64,000 nt of DNA from Camelus dromedarius (lineage: Eukaryota), in assembly GCF_036321535.1 (NCBI RefSeq), contig NC_087436.1:110734001-110798000 (forward strand). Reading direction: 5' to 3'. The notes below the pieces were generated by a model. It searched no databases and was not told the DNA's origin. It worked only from the letters and a program-made list of their open reading frames with translations. The translations under genes and the position numbers were made by a program. Of the stretch, positions 23,704-37,154 are shown one piece after another (positions within the stretch are counted from its first letter, which is position 1; each line of letters begins with the position of its first letter).

Positions 23704-24990
23704 TGTGTGTGGGGAGAGGAGTTTCTCCCATACAAACAAACAGTTCTCTGAATACCAGCTGGATGTCTTGCAACTCAACTCAGTTAGGATAGTATCCACC
23801 CAGAGGTAGCATCAGATTCCACAGGTTAAGTGCTCAGTCTCATAAGACTTCTCCCATCAACTTCAGATGCCAGTCACAAGCCCAGGTTATCACCTGTGCT
23901 TCTACACAACAACCTATGGATTGGAGGTCCAGCAACCCCCTCCTTGGAGTTCAGATGCTCATCACAACTCCAGGTTGTTACCTGTACTTATGACCAATTG
24001 GCTATAGATCAGAGGTTCCCACAATGCCCTCCTCTGGTTCTATTAATTTTCTAGAGAAGCTCACAGAACTATGAGAAACATTCTGTCTACTAGATCACCA
24101 GTTTACTGTCAAAGGATATGACTCAGAAATAGCCCGATGGAAGAGATGCCTGGGGCAAGGTATGTGGAAAAGGGAGTAGCGCTTCTATGCTGAGTGTGCC
24201 ACTCTCCCAGCATCTCCATATGTTCACCAACACAGAAGCTCTCTAAACCTCTTTCTTTGGGATTTTTATGGAGGCTTCATTATATAGGCACAGTTCATTA
24301 AATCACTGGCCACTGGAGACTGATTCAACCTCCAATCCTTCTCCCCTCCCCAGAGATCAGGGGTTGGGATTGAAAGTTCCAACTCTCTATTGGAGAAGGT
24401 CGTCAAGAGGACATGACAGCCAGTTGACCTATGAGCTAGATGCAGGCAATCAGGCTCCTCGCCCCCTTCCCTTGTCCTTGGAATGTACATTCTGCTCACT
24501 CTTCCCACACTAGGAGCCGTTTCAAGGATGTAGCCTTGAGGGAGTAATGTGTTGTTGAGACTATCTGGACTGAATATGTGAATGAACCCAATTAAGGTCT
24601 CTATATAAGACTTTTAAGACTCTGGCAAGCAGATGCAGAGATCTACTCATCTTTGGACCAACAAAAGAAGCCTTGTAGGTAAGTTCCCTTGCTTATTAAA
24701 CCTGCCACCTACCAATGTGGGGTTGTCTTCATCTTTCTTTGGTCTCTCCTTACCCTCTGTGAATGGGGGCCGGTGTCAGATTTCACCTGAGAAATTCCAG
24801 AAGTTTTGAACCAACATCCTGTAATCATATGGTTGGTTCTTCTGGCAACCAGCCTCCTTCTTTAGGAGGGGTCCAAAAGTTGTCTCATTAACATAAGAAA
24901 GACACCTTTAATCACTCTCTCATCATGTAGGAAATCCCAAGGGTTTTAGGAGCTCTGTGCCAGAAATGGGGATGAAGACCAAATATCACA
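23704..24990 (-). mobile_element. MER21-like ERVL LTR with a nested LTR
   Basis: gcatcagattccacaggttaagtgctcagtc...gggttttaggagctctgtgccagaaatggggatgaagaccaaatatcaca. Confidence 0.8.
24388..24816 (+). mobile_element. Solo LTR nested in MER21; same family as 5492-5885
   Basis: Termini tattgg...ccaaca; shares ggtaagttcccttgcttattaaacctgccacctac with the reverse complement of 5492-5885. Confidence 0.85.
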
Positions 24991-25760
24991 CACTCCTTTC
25001 CAATGTCTATCTGTCCTCCCTGAGAAGCTTCACATGTCATCTAGGTTAAAAAGCCAAGTACAGAACCTCACTTTCCTGAGCCCACCAGCTACAAGAGCTG
25101 GTGGTCCTTAAATAAGCAGTATCTTAGTTCTGCTGAGGTCCATAAGGAGAGTTGGGCTATAAGGGAATTTTTACACTCTTGGCCAGATGAGAGGCTGAGC
25201 ACCTGTTGAATCTAAGGGATAAATTCTGGAAAGAGCCTGGTCTGGGAGATCTAAGGTCGCAGGCAAAGAGGCTAGGTGTACCCATATGAATTTACCTTGG
25301 GGACCAGCTGATCCATCTAACTACTTCAAACTGCATGAGCCCCAAGGAAGCTAAACCACTGGGACATTGGGTCCTCTCTGGCTATGAAGCTGGCTGAGTG
25401 AGATTTGCAGCTCTTGCACATGAATAACCAGGGAAGAGAGAAGCTTCCCTCTGATTCATTAACAGGTGTCCTAGAACTATAAGCTGGGTCCAAGATCACT
25501 CTGCCTCCCAGGACAATGGGGCTACTCACTAAACATACACCAGCAGCTGGACCTCAGTCCCAAATAACAGGCAGGGGGGAAAAGGATGCTCCCCAAAAGT
25601 CTATAGAAGAGGAATAAACAGAATATAGAGCATAAGTGGAAATTAACAAAATAGAACAGCTGAAAGAACAAAAATATTTAAGGGAGCACTTGAGAAGATT
25701 TTAGTCTAGCAGTGAATTACCTATATAAGAAAATGTATTCATGGAAAGTACAATGACTTA

Positions 25761-26127
25761 TGAGTTAGTTTGCTTAAGCCAACATAAAATCCACACAGAC
25801 TGGGAGGTTTAATGTATTTCTCACAGTTCTGAAGGCTGGAAGTCCAAGATCAAGGTATTGGCAGATTGAAAATTTCCCGAGGGCTCTTTCTTTGGCTTGC
25901 AGACAGCCGCCTTCTTGTGTCCTCAACTGACATTTTCTCTGTGGGTGCACATTCTGGTGTTCTCTCTCTCTCTTTTGTAAGAACAAGCCCTACTGAATTA
26001 GGGTCCCAGTCTTATGACTTCATTTGACCTTAATCACCTCTTTAAAAGCCTATATCCACAGACAGTTACAATGGGGGTTAGGGCTTCAACATAGAAATTT
26101 GGGGAGAACACAACTCAGTTCATAACA
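25761..26127 (-). mobile_element. MLT1A/B-type MaLR solo LTR
   Basis: ttctcacagttctgaaggctggaagtccaagatcaagg...ttagggcttcaacata...cagttcataaca. Confidence 0.85.
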
Positions 26128-27065
26128 GTTTCTAAAAGTAAAAAATTAATTTATATTTTAAAATAAAATAATTGACCTATATAATATAAAGTAGCAGATT
26201 TATATGAAATTGAGATAGAGGGAAAGCATGTGCACCGAGGATTGGGAAGTCTGGGTTCTAGCCTTGCCTTTGCTCTTCACCACGTGACCTTGAGCAGGTC
26301 AGTTTCCTCATCGCTGAAGACAGGTCTTTGCACATAAGGATTTCTCAGATTCCTCACATTTTAAAATTATAGTTATTTCAAAATAAATTAGTTGCCAAAA
26401 AACTCTGAGAAGCAATTATAAAGACTGAAGTTATTATAGTGGAATGGTTTGTACCACACACTGAGAGGCCAAGTGCAGCCCATTATTTTATTTATTCTGA
26501 ATTATAGGTAACCTACTTAATCTGAGGTTCCATTCACCAGAGTAACAAGAAAATTAATTGCAATCAGATTTCCTTTTTCACTTCCTTCTTTCCTCCTGAG
26601 GCTTAGCAAAAATCCTAGGATTTGAATGGCACCTAGAAAATGGAGAAAAGCCTCTGGTTTTCAATCCATCCTGATTGCGGTTGAAATGCTCAGTGAAGGC
26701 TGATGGTCTCTTCTTAATATTTACCAGAGGTGTCCAATCCTTGGCACCCTGATTTCAGCCCACACAGCCTTCCACACCATCACCTCATCTGAGAAGATTC
26801 ATGAGCATGAGGCATAGGACTTGACTCACTGAGAAACCTGCTATCTCTTCAAATTCCCAGTCTTGGGGAACCCAATACTCTGCCTCTGAACTCAAGTAAC
26901 TTCCAGCACACCATTCTTAGACTTCTTTCTGCCCTTAATCAAATAATCAAGCTCCACTTCTTAATTCGAAGCCCCATGAATTCTCTCTTGGGCCTTTAGA
27001 ATATAAGGTTGGGGGTGGAGTAGGGCTGTAAGAGGAAAGTGTTATTATCCTTTCATAAGTCTGCT

Positions 27066-27520
27066 TCTGATGGCTAATTTTATCAGTCGGTTTGGCTGCA
27101 CCACATTACCCAGATATTTAGTCAACATTACTCTGGACATTTCTGGGAAGGTTGTTTTGGATGAAATTAACATTTAAATCAATGGACTTTCAGTAAAGCA
27201 GATTACCCTCCATAATTTGGTGGACCTCATCCAATCAATTGAATGCCTTAACAGAGCAAAGATTGACTTGTCTGATAAAGAAGGAATTTGGCCAGCAGAC
27301 TGCTTTTGGACTCAGACTGTAACTTCAGCCTGGGTCTCCAGCCTGCCCTGCAGATTTTGGACTCACACTGTCACAATAGCATAAGCCAACTCCTTAAAAT
27401 CTCTCTTTTTCTCAGCTTCTCTCCCTCCTCTCCTCTCCTCTCATCTCTTCTCTTCCTCTCTCTCTCTCTCTCCCCCTACCTCTCATTCTCACACATATAT
27501 ATTTTATACACACACACAGA
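27066..27520 (+). mobile_element. MLT2 (ERVL) LTR with (CT)n/(CA)n tail
   Basis: tgatggctaattttat...gtaaagcagattaccctccataatttggtggacctcatccaatca. Confidence 0.85.
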
Positions 27521-27579
27521 TAGATAGATACATAAATATAGGTCACGAGACAGAGATAAAGATGAGACAGAGATAGAGA

Positions 27580-28033
27580 GGCATGATAAAATTGGCCCTT
27601 TGTGATCTTACTCCAAAAGACATATAACCCCAGTCTGACTGTGAGAAAAACATCAGATGAATTCCAGTTGAGGTACAGTATACAAAATATCCAATCAGTA
27701 CCCCCTCAAAAATGTCAAAGTTATCAAAAACAAGGAAAGACTAAGAAACCATCACAGCTAAGAGGAGCCTAAGAAGACATGGCATCAAAATGTAATATGA
27801 TCCTGGATGAGCTACTGGAACAGAAAAAGACATTGGGTAAAATCTAAGGAAATGTGAATAAAGTATTGACTTTAATTAATAATAATGTATCAGTATTGGC
27901 TCATTAAGTATAACAAACATGCCACACCAATGTACGCTGTTAGTAACAGGGGAACTAGGGCACAGGGTATGGTGTAGGTCTGTACTATCTTTCAAAATCT
28001 AAAAGTGTTCTAAAATTAAAAGTTTATTTTAAA
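27580..28033 (+). mobile_element. L1MD-type 3' end
   Basis: ataaccccagtct...tcaaaaacaaggaaagactaagaaacc...ctaaaattaaaagtttattttaaa. Confidence 0.8.
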
Positions 28034-30814
28034 GAATCATCTGACCACAGTAAGAACACAAATGGCATTTTAAAGAAGAGTGTGATGTCCAATCACTCTA
28101 AGAAGTGAATAATGAGTATTAAAAACCTATTTGGAGTCTCTGCTGATTTCCCTGATGAGATTATACACTTACTTTTGAAACTTCATTTGTTCATTGGGAA
28201 TGGAAACAACACAGATATGCTCTGTTCTAGTGGGATCTGGTCTGTGTCCTTGTTTTGTTCTGTTTGTTTTCTTTTTAATTTATGGACAGAGTTGAGTCAA
28301 TCAAAACCCTCAGTTCATGGTATATGGTCATCACTGGTGTTTGATTCATCCCTTCATTATATTTTATTATTATTTATTCTTGTTTATTTACGAAACTCAC
28401 TCCATTCTCCTCCTACCTGCATTAGCAACCATTCTTAAAAGCTTTATGAGAATTGACAAAAGCTCATCATCTCTCACCCCCACAAAAAGCTAAAAAGTGA
28501 TAATGTTGCCAGTGTCTTCTTTCTAATAGTAAAAGCCTTATCTGAGATTAAAATCACTTCAACAGGAGCTTTGGGGTGACAAGTGGTACTGAAAGGTTCA
28601 GTTTGAAAGCTGCAGGTTTAATAGGACATTATTAAACCATTTAATCTCTCCTGCAGAGACATTTTATGCTGTCCCTTCAGGGAACTTTCCCTGCAGGAGG
28701 TCCTGGAGTCAGCCTGTGGCCAAGTTGGCGACAGTTCAAGAAGTTCATCCTGCTCTAATTTCAACTGAGCGGCAAGAGCACTCACAGCAGGAAATTCAAA
28801 TTTTAAAATCTCACGAAAAATACACACTGCCTTTCATTTTCCACCACCCACGATATAAAACCCAGATGACCATGGTGAAGGCGAGGGAAAGACAAATTGC
28901 AGAAATAAGCAGAGCTATTCTAAGTCACCAGGTCATTTCAAGTGACAAATAGGCCCATTTTATTTCTAGGGAATTCACTATCCTCCCTAAAGGAAAGAGA
29001 AACATGCCCTTAGAAGCTACTCTATCAAGGGAATAGCATTATCTAAGGAAACCGATTGTTTTGCAGAAATTAAAGTTCAGTTTTACATATAGTGATGTTG
29101 GTTTGGAATCCAGCATTGAATCCAGCATCGTTAGGTCGTTCTAGCACCTTGCTGCAATCAGACCCCAGGAAAAGATGTGCAATATTTGTCCTCTGTCTGG
29201 CACTCAAAATATACCTGCCAACCTTTGTTCTTCCGTACTTTTCATGAAGCCTCAGATAAGACAAGAAGAGAGCTCTGGAAAAGGAGAAGGGCTCAAACCC
29301 CAACTTGGCCTTATTCCCCAACCTTGAGGAAGTGGATAACCCTTTCTAGGCATCAGTTTCAGCACTTTAGGATTAAAGAAGACAATATTAATGCACATTC
29401 AGAGGTTTGACTCTAGTCAGACTGTAAAAGTCATGCAGATTTTTTTTAATCTCTGAGAAGGCTGCTACTTTGGAGTCCTTGTGCCACTGTGCATTTCATT
29501 AGGACCAGCAAAGACAGCTTTTCCTCTAGTGTTGGGGAAAATGGCTGCTTCCTCATTTAAGGACCAGATGAAGCCACTGGCTTACATTTGAGGGCCACAT
29601 TAAATGGGGATGGTTTAGATTTAAGTATTAGACTTGCATTCAGCACAGCTGAAGCTCACAAAATGTGAAGCATTTGAAACAGAGGCCATTTTAAGGAATA
29701 ACAGTGTCATGTGTCTATTTCGGGTTACTCCAAGCCAAACACTAATCAGAGGTCCTACCAGAACTGAATGCAGTATTTAAATATACCCTGTGCAAAATAC
29801 TTCCTTCTTCCCCTTTCCTCTTCCCATTTTCCTCCTTCTCTCTCTCTTCCTTTTCTGCTTTTCCTCCCTCTTACATGGCTTCCCCCATGCGAGCTGAAAT
29901 GCACCCAAGTTAAATGCATATAGGACTGTATGAGGCAATTCTGCCACATCTACCTTGTATCATGGTATTAAACTGATCAAGTGTGTGAAACAGGTAGTTC
30001 AGTGCCTGGGGCTTCGTAGGTGGTTAATAATGGCAGCGGATCTTTAAGACTAAGGCTTGGCTCTGCTGGCCCCTCATACTCTCATTTCCACTTTATCTTC
30101 ATCAAAGTGACAAATGTAATTTCAAGACTTGGGTTTATTCTACCTTGATTTCTTCCCAGAATCTCATTATTACAAACACTTTTATTTCTGGCTCCACCGA
30201 AAGACTGGTAACTCACATGCACTCACATCAAAATTCTTGAAGTTTAGGGAAAGGTATTTAGAACCAAATGAATAGGTAAAGAGTTTCACAGTGAAGAAAA
30301 AGACAAGATTGGAAAGGAATCGAGCTTAATCAAATTATGCTTCAGATTTTTTTAGCGAACAAAACATTATAGATGTTAATGCTCCCTTTGTACACTTGCC
30401 CGAACACATTACCTCCTGCCTCTCCAGTGGTAATCACTATCTTGATTTTGCGTTTATTTTTCTTTTGCATGTCTTACACCATTATTGGCTATGCATGTAT
30501 CCTTAAAAAATACAATTTTGTAGGTTTCTCAAACTTTATATAAATGGTATCATATTGCATTTTTCATCTTGCAGACCGCTTTTTTTAACTATACTACTTT
30601 GTATTTTTGAGCTGTAACTATGAAGAAACATACAGTCTCATTCATTTGTTTTAACTGCTATTAAGTATCTCTGGTTATTTACACAGCACAATTTATTTAA
30701 CTATTCTCCTGGATTACTTCTGGTGTTTTGTTACCATCCACAACACTTCTATGAAGGTTCCTGTGTATGACTCCTGGTGTACAAAGAGCAAGGAGAAAGT
30801 GGAATTGCTGGACT

Positions 30815-31266
30815 GTGGTGTAGACATGTATTCCTCTGTCAATGTTCAACCCAAATCTTTCCCCCCATTTATTGTGTTCTCCCCTCACCCCAGGTTAGGG
30901 GTGAAATCTAACACAGAGCATCTGAAGCCAACCCTGAACTATCAAGCATTCATTTCCCCATCTCATCTGCCCTTGAGTGATAACTGTCTGGTGCACTATA
31001 GGAAGGAAGGAAGGAAAGACCAACTCCCCCTGCTTCCACTTAGAACAATTTCTCAGAGTAACTTTCACTCCAGAGCTCCCCTCTGGGGTTAGGGGAGGCA
31101 AGGTCTGCAGGACTCTGCCTGAGACCTCACCATTACTTGCCTTCCTCTCCTTCCATGGCCTGCTTGCCCACCCACTTACTAGTCTCCCCTGAGAGCACTT
31201 TCTTAATCACTTGCACACAAATCTCATCCAAAGTTGGCTTCTGGAGAACCAGACCAAATTAAGGCA
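30815..31266 (+). mobile_element. LTR16-like ERVL LTR
   Basis: ccagagctcccctctggggttagg...gagagcactttcttaatcacttgcacacaaatctcatcc...ttctggagaacc. Confidence 0.7.
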
Positions 31267-31925
31267 CATTTCAAACTGATCAAATACTGCCAAATTATTC
31301 TCCAAATTAATTGAACGGTGGCTACTGTCACCAACAAGGGCATGTGAGTTGCCAAGTCTCCACATCACCCTCAAACTTTGGAGTTAGGCAACTTTAATTA
31401 CATTTTTTTTCACTTTGATAACCGTGCAAAGGAATCTCATTGTTTTATTTTACATTTTTCTTACATCTGTTGGCCATTCACATTTCTTATTCTGCAGATT
31501 GCTTATGCATTGCCTTTATCCATTATCCTATTGAAGTGTTTGTCTTTTCTTACCAATATGTAGGAGTTCTTTTTAAGTTCTGGAAGCTAAACCTTTGTAA
31601 TTTACATGGGTAATAAATATCTTCATTTAGTCTGTGACTTGTCTTTTAACTTTATGCTGTCTTACAATAAAAAAAATTTTCCCTTTAGTGTACTCAAATT
31701 TGTTTCTCTTTTTCTTTAGAGTTTATGCTTTTTGCTTTTGTTTTTATAAAATATTTTTGGAAAGGTCATAAAGATTTTCTCCTATATTTTCTTCTAAATA
31801 TTTAAACATTTGCTTATCATGTTTCTGTTTTTAGCCATTTCCGGTATGCTGGTGGAAAGGGATTTGATTTTAATTATTTTTTTCCAATTAGTTTTTGCCA
31901 TGTAATTTTTTTGCCAATACTTTTT

Positions 31926-32080
31926 TTTAATTGTTTTATTTATCATTGTGGTTTTTTTTTAATTTGGGGGGAAGAGGTAATTAGACTTTTTTATTTTTTT
32001 AGAGGAGGTGCTGGGGTTTGAACCCAGGGCCTTATGCATGCTAAGTATGTGCTCTACCACTTGAGCTACACCCTCTCCCC
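31926..32080 (-). mobile_element. Vic-1-type camelid tRNA-Ala-derived SINE
   Basis: Minus strand reads ggggagagggtgtagctcaagtggtagagcac...gggttcaaaccccagcacctcc plus ctaattacct and an A-rich tail; perfect 15-bp TSD ttgccaatacttttt (31911-31925 / 32081-32095). Confidence 0.92.
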
Positions 32081-33639
32081 TTGCCAATACTTTTTAATGC
32101 CACTTGTGTCACATATCAAGTTTCTACATACCCATGGATCTCTTTTGTTTCACTGGTCCATTTGTCTAACCCTTAACCAATGGCACATGTCTCAGTTACT
32201 GTGGTATTAACAGTAATTTTTATATCTATATGGAAATTTATCATCTTCTTTTTCTAAAATTTTGTTCTGTCCCTTTCTTCTTTCATATGATTTTTAGGAT
32301 GAGCTTGTCAAAATCCATGAAAAATTAGGATTTTAATTAGAATTTCATTGAATGTTTAGAATAACTTTGGATGAGTGATATATTTCTAACCATGAACATA
32401 GTATATCTCTTAATTTATTCATGTCATTTTGTGACTTTCAAAAATATTTTGTAATTTTCTCCATGAAGATAATAAATATCTTTTGTTAAATTTACCCCAT
32501 AACATCTTATAATGTTATATTATTATACATACCATTTTGCTACTGCTGGTATTTAAGATGGCTATTAATGTTTGCACATTGATCTCATAACTTATAAACT
32601 TGAGCTCTAGTATTTCTAACAGTTTCTAGATTCTATTGGATTATTCTATGGAAATGATCACATTGCAATTTAAAACATCTGTTCTATTGCTTTCAACCCT
32701 GATTTCTCTCTATCTATGATTTATTGCATTGGATATGGCTTTTAATATAATGATAATAGAAATAACTAAATTTGCCTTCTTCAATTTTTTTTGACATAAG
32801 AATACTTATATAGTATTACCATTCTTTAATATGTTTGCTATAAATTTTCAATAGAAATAAACAATTTGAGGAAGTTCCCTTTATTTCCAAATGGCTAAGA
32901 ATTTTTTAAATATATAATACTTATATATAAAAATATTATATAATATTATTTGATATATAACTGTGGCTGAGTATTGAATTTTATCAGTGTTTTCCTCCAT
33001 CTGTTGATATGATTATGTTATTCCCTTTTAATCTGTTAATATGCTGAATTACATGATTAGATTTTCTCATACAGAGCTATCCTTACATCACTGGAATAAC
33101 CTCTGCTTCTACCTGAGAGTGTATATGTAGCGCACACATATGCTGACGTCAATTTGTTTATATTTTATTTGGTATTTCTGCATCTGTATTCCTAAGTGAA
33201 ATTTATCTGTAATTGTATTTTACTTTCTTAGTCTAGTTTGAATATCAAATTATAATATTGTCATAAAATAAGCTGACAATTATTTGAAACAGTCTTATAA
33301 GATGAGGATCTTCTGTTCCTCAAGGACTGATAAAACTTGTTAAAATCATATGGGCCAGAAGACAGATGACTTTAATGCTTGCGTGGTGGGGCTGATGGGG
33401 ATCAGGGTTAACAGGTAGAGAGGGGTAGGATTTTAAATACTATCTCAACTTCTCTAGTTATTATTCTTTTATTTAAAGCTCTCTACATGTTCCAGGCTCA
33501 AATTGATATTTTAAACAAATTTTTCTAGAAGATTATTTATTTTATCTGTGTTGAAATTTATTTTTATAGCATAAATATTTTTATAGTGTTCTTTCTGATG
33601 TTTTTGTATCCCTATTGTATAACCAGTTACATACACTTT

Positions 33640-34091
33640 TTTTTAATTGAAGTATAGTCAGTTTAAAATGTTGTGTCAATTTCTGGTGTACAGCAAAATA
33701 GTTCAGTCATACATATACTTACATATTTTTAGTTTCATATTCTTTTTCATTATAGGTTATGTGATACTGAATATAGTTCCTTGTGCTATACAGTATACAC
33801 TTGTTTACCTATTTTATATACAGTAGTTAGTATCTACAAATCTCAAACTCTCAATTTATCCCTTCCCACCTCCTTTCCCCTCAGGTAGCCATAAGTTTGT
33901 TTTCTATGTCTGTGAGACTGTTTTGTAAATAAGTTCATTTCTGTCTTTTTTAGATTCCACATATAAGTGATATTATATTGTAATTTTCTTTCTCTTTCTG
34001 GCTTATTTCATTTAGAATGATGATCTCCAGATTTATCCATGTTGCTGCAAATGGCATTATTTTATTTGTTTTTATGGCTGAGTTGTATTCC

Positions 34092-34143
<52 letters not shown>

Positions 34144-34204
34144 CCCCACAACTTTATCCAGTTATCTGTCGATGGACATTTAGATTGTTTTCATGTCTTG
34201 GCTA
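33640..34204 (-). mobile_element. Young lineage-type L1 3' end with (TG)~23 at 34094-34140
   Basis: ttgaagtatagtcagttt...; TSD tacatacacttt (33628-33639) / tacatactcttt (34205-34216). Confidence 0.92.
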
Positions 34205-35660
34205 TACATACTCTTTCATTCCTTTGCACCTTTCTGTTCTTATCAGTTTTGCTAACGATTTATCTATTATTAATTTTTTCTTTATCAAAGAACAATATTT
34301 AGATGTTCTTGCTTCTTTGTATAGTTCCTTTATTTTCTGTTTAAATTTTTGGTCTTTTATTAGTTTCTTTTTCCTAGTCTTTAGGTCTATTTTTTTGTTT
34401 TACCTTATTGAACCAAATACTTAATTCATTTATGTTCAATCATTTATTTGTTAAGAAATGCACTTAAGGTTCTATTGTTGTATCCTTCCAATATTTTGTA
34501 ATTCTCACTGGGTTTTAATCTTTAATTTATTAATTATTCTTAAGTATGATTTCACTTTTGAAACATATTGTGATGTTTTTAATGTTTTCTTATTGATTTC
34601 TAATTTAATTGCCTTTTGATTAGAGAACGTGGAATTTATTACACCGATTCTTTCAAATTTATTGATACTTCTTCAGTGTCCTAATGTGATCATTGTGTAA
34701 CTATTCCATGTATACATGAAAAGCATCTAATATTCCCTATTTGTTTAACTCAGAGTTGTATATTATCTATTACAAGTAGCTTCTTGAGTTGCTTAAATCT
34801 CTATTCTTACTAACATCTCTTCAGCTTGTTCTTTAAGTATCTGACAGGGGTTAAATACCCCAGTAAAATTGTTGATTTGCTCATCTCTCCTTATATTTTT
34901 GTCCCTTTTCTACTTTATGTTTTCCAAGGATATGCTGTTAGGTACAAACGGGTCATGATTGTTACATCTTCTCAGAGGATTGTTCTTTATATAACTGTCA
35001 TCTTTTGCTAGTAATACTTTAAATCTATTTTGTATGATATTAATGTTGCTACACTAATCAGTTTATTTCCCACTGCTTTGTTTTTAACCTCTCTGTGTGA
35101 TTTTGTTTTTGTAGTGTCCTTTGTCAGCAGCATATGGTTGGATGGTGTTTTGTTTTTATATCCATCTAATAATCCCAGTCTTTTAAAGGCTTAATCTACT
35201 TACACATATTGTAATACCTGAATTTGGAGTTTATCAACTTTTTTTTTTTTTTGCTTCTTTATATTTTCTCCTTATCTCCATTAGGTGGATAATATTTTTT
35301 ACATGCCCTTTTCATCTACCTGTAGATTTTATTTTAGTTACTCTTTTAGCATACATAATTAACAATACATTAACCTAATACTCTAAAGATTATAGTATTT
35401 TATCTCCCTTTTAGACACAAGGATCTCACACTCTGTATCCATCGAATTCTCCCTCACCCCCACTTTGTTTTAGCATACTTTAATAATTCTTACATTGACA
35501 ATCTTTGTGTAGTAAACTCATAATTTTATATATCTAAAATATATTTGCTTTTATTCTTGAATAAATAATTTAGCTGGGTTGTTAGCCTTGGTTGGATATT
35601 TTGCAACTGTACTTAAGAGTCTTCTGGTCTGTTTTTGCTAATTGAAAAGCCTATTGTGAG

Positions 35661-36555
35661 GAACATGAAAAAAGGCTCAAGATCATTAATTATCAGAGAA
35701 ATGCAAATCAAAACTACAATGAGGTACTATCTCACAACAGTCAGAATGGCCAGCATTAAAAAGTCCATAAACAACAAATGCTGGAAAAGGTGTGGAGAAA
35801 ACAGAACCCTCCTTCACTATTGGTAGGAATGTAGTTTGATTCAGCCATTATGAAAAACAGTATGGAGATTCCTTAAAAAAAACTAAAAATAGACTTACCA
35901 GATGATCAATCAATCCCACTCCTGGGCATATATCCAGAGGAGATGCTAATTCAAAAAGATACATGCACCCCAATGTTCATAGCAGCACTATTTACAAGAT
36001 CCAACATATGGAAACAACCTAAATGTCCATAGACAGATGACTGGATAAAAAAAGTTGTGGTGTATTTATATGATGGAATACTACTCAGCCATAAAAAAAA
36101 GAATAAAATAATGCCATTTGCAGCAACATGGAAGGACCTGGAGATCATCATTCTAAGTGAAGCAAGCCATAAAGAGAAAGAAATAATGCCATATAATATC
36201 ATTTATATCTGGAATCTAAAAAAAAAAAAGACACAAATAAACTTATTTACAAAATAGACTCACAGACATAAAAAACAAACTTACGGTTACCTGGGGGGGA
36301 AGGAGTGGGAAGGGATAAACTGGGAGTTTGAGATTTGCAGATACTAACTCACAAAATATACAAAAATAGATAAACAACAAGTTTATACTGTATAGCACAA
36401 GGAACTATATCCAGTATCTTGTAGTAACCTGTAACAAAAGAATATGAAAACGAATATGTGTATGTATATATAAATATGACTGAAACATCATGCTGCACAC
36501 CAGAAATTGACACAACATTGTAAATTGATTATACTTCAAGAAAAAAGAAAAAGAA
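35661..36555 (+). mobile_element. Young 5'-truncated L1 (ORF2 C-terminus, 3' UTR, A tail)
   Basis: [17 protein letters not shown] and MPFAATWKDLEIIILSE; 16-bp TSD aaaagcctattgtgag (35645-35660) / aaaagtctattgtgag (36556-36571). Confidence 0.95.
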
Positions 36556-37154
36556 AAAAGTCTATTGTGAGCCTAACTGTTGTTTCTTTTTTGGCAGTCT
36601 GTCTTTCCTGTCAGAGCTTTAAGATTTTCCTTTCTCTCTGATATTTTGCAGTTTTTCCTAAAATGAGAAAACAGTGATGAACACAGAGTGAATTCCTCAG
36701 TACTATCTTTAATTCATGATTTTTCAGTTTGTATCCAGTCTAGAGATAATTTTCTTAGGCAGTAAGATTTATTATCCCCCACTCCCCAGGTATCTGTATG
36801 GAGGAACATTCCTTCCTTTTGCTCCACCCCTTCCATCCTCCTCCCACCTGACTGCTGGGTGACAGCCATTACTTCACATTCTTTGATTGTACGGAGCTAA
36901 TCCGTTATAAAGGCTGTCAGACTGGGAGTGCAGTCTTTCTCCTTCTGTGCTGTGAACTGGTATAAAGCAGCAATTCTGGGTGTGTGTGCCACCCCAAAAT
37001 TTTCCATAGGCAGGACTCAGACTGGAGTGTGGGTATAAGTTAGAGGCAGGGCAAGCAAGAAACATCAGCAAACCTGTTTGGCACTTGGTTGCATAGTCTG
37101 GCCTTGTCCTTCAACCCAGCTTTTGTATCAGTGATAAAATTCACTTTTTAGGTT

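Larger units (their letters stand above)
30370..36760 (-). mobile_element. Long ancient L1ME-type element hosting an LTR16-like LTR, a Vic-1 SINE and two young L1s
   Basis: Collinear T-rich antisense L1 3' UTR, ORF2 and ORF1 remnants, e.g. ttgaggaagttccct, gtattgaattttatca, ttgatttctaatttaattg. Confidence 0.7.

Noticed and set aside
28716..28952. 78-aa ORF after an acceptor-like cccttcag
   Set aside because: No homology recognised and no matching donor; other frames close quickly
29100..29130. Short tandem duplication gaatccagcat x2 (similar ones near 10435 and 57350)
   Set aside because: Two-copy slippage events with no spacer array; not CRISPR-like
31990..32080. tRNA-Ala-like sequence (also 37850-37928)
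   Set aside because: Has a SINE-specific 3' region, A-rich tail and TSDs, so it is a Vic-1 SINE and not a tRNA gene
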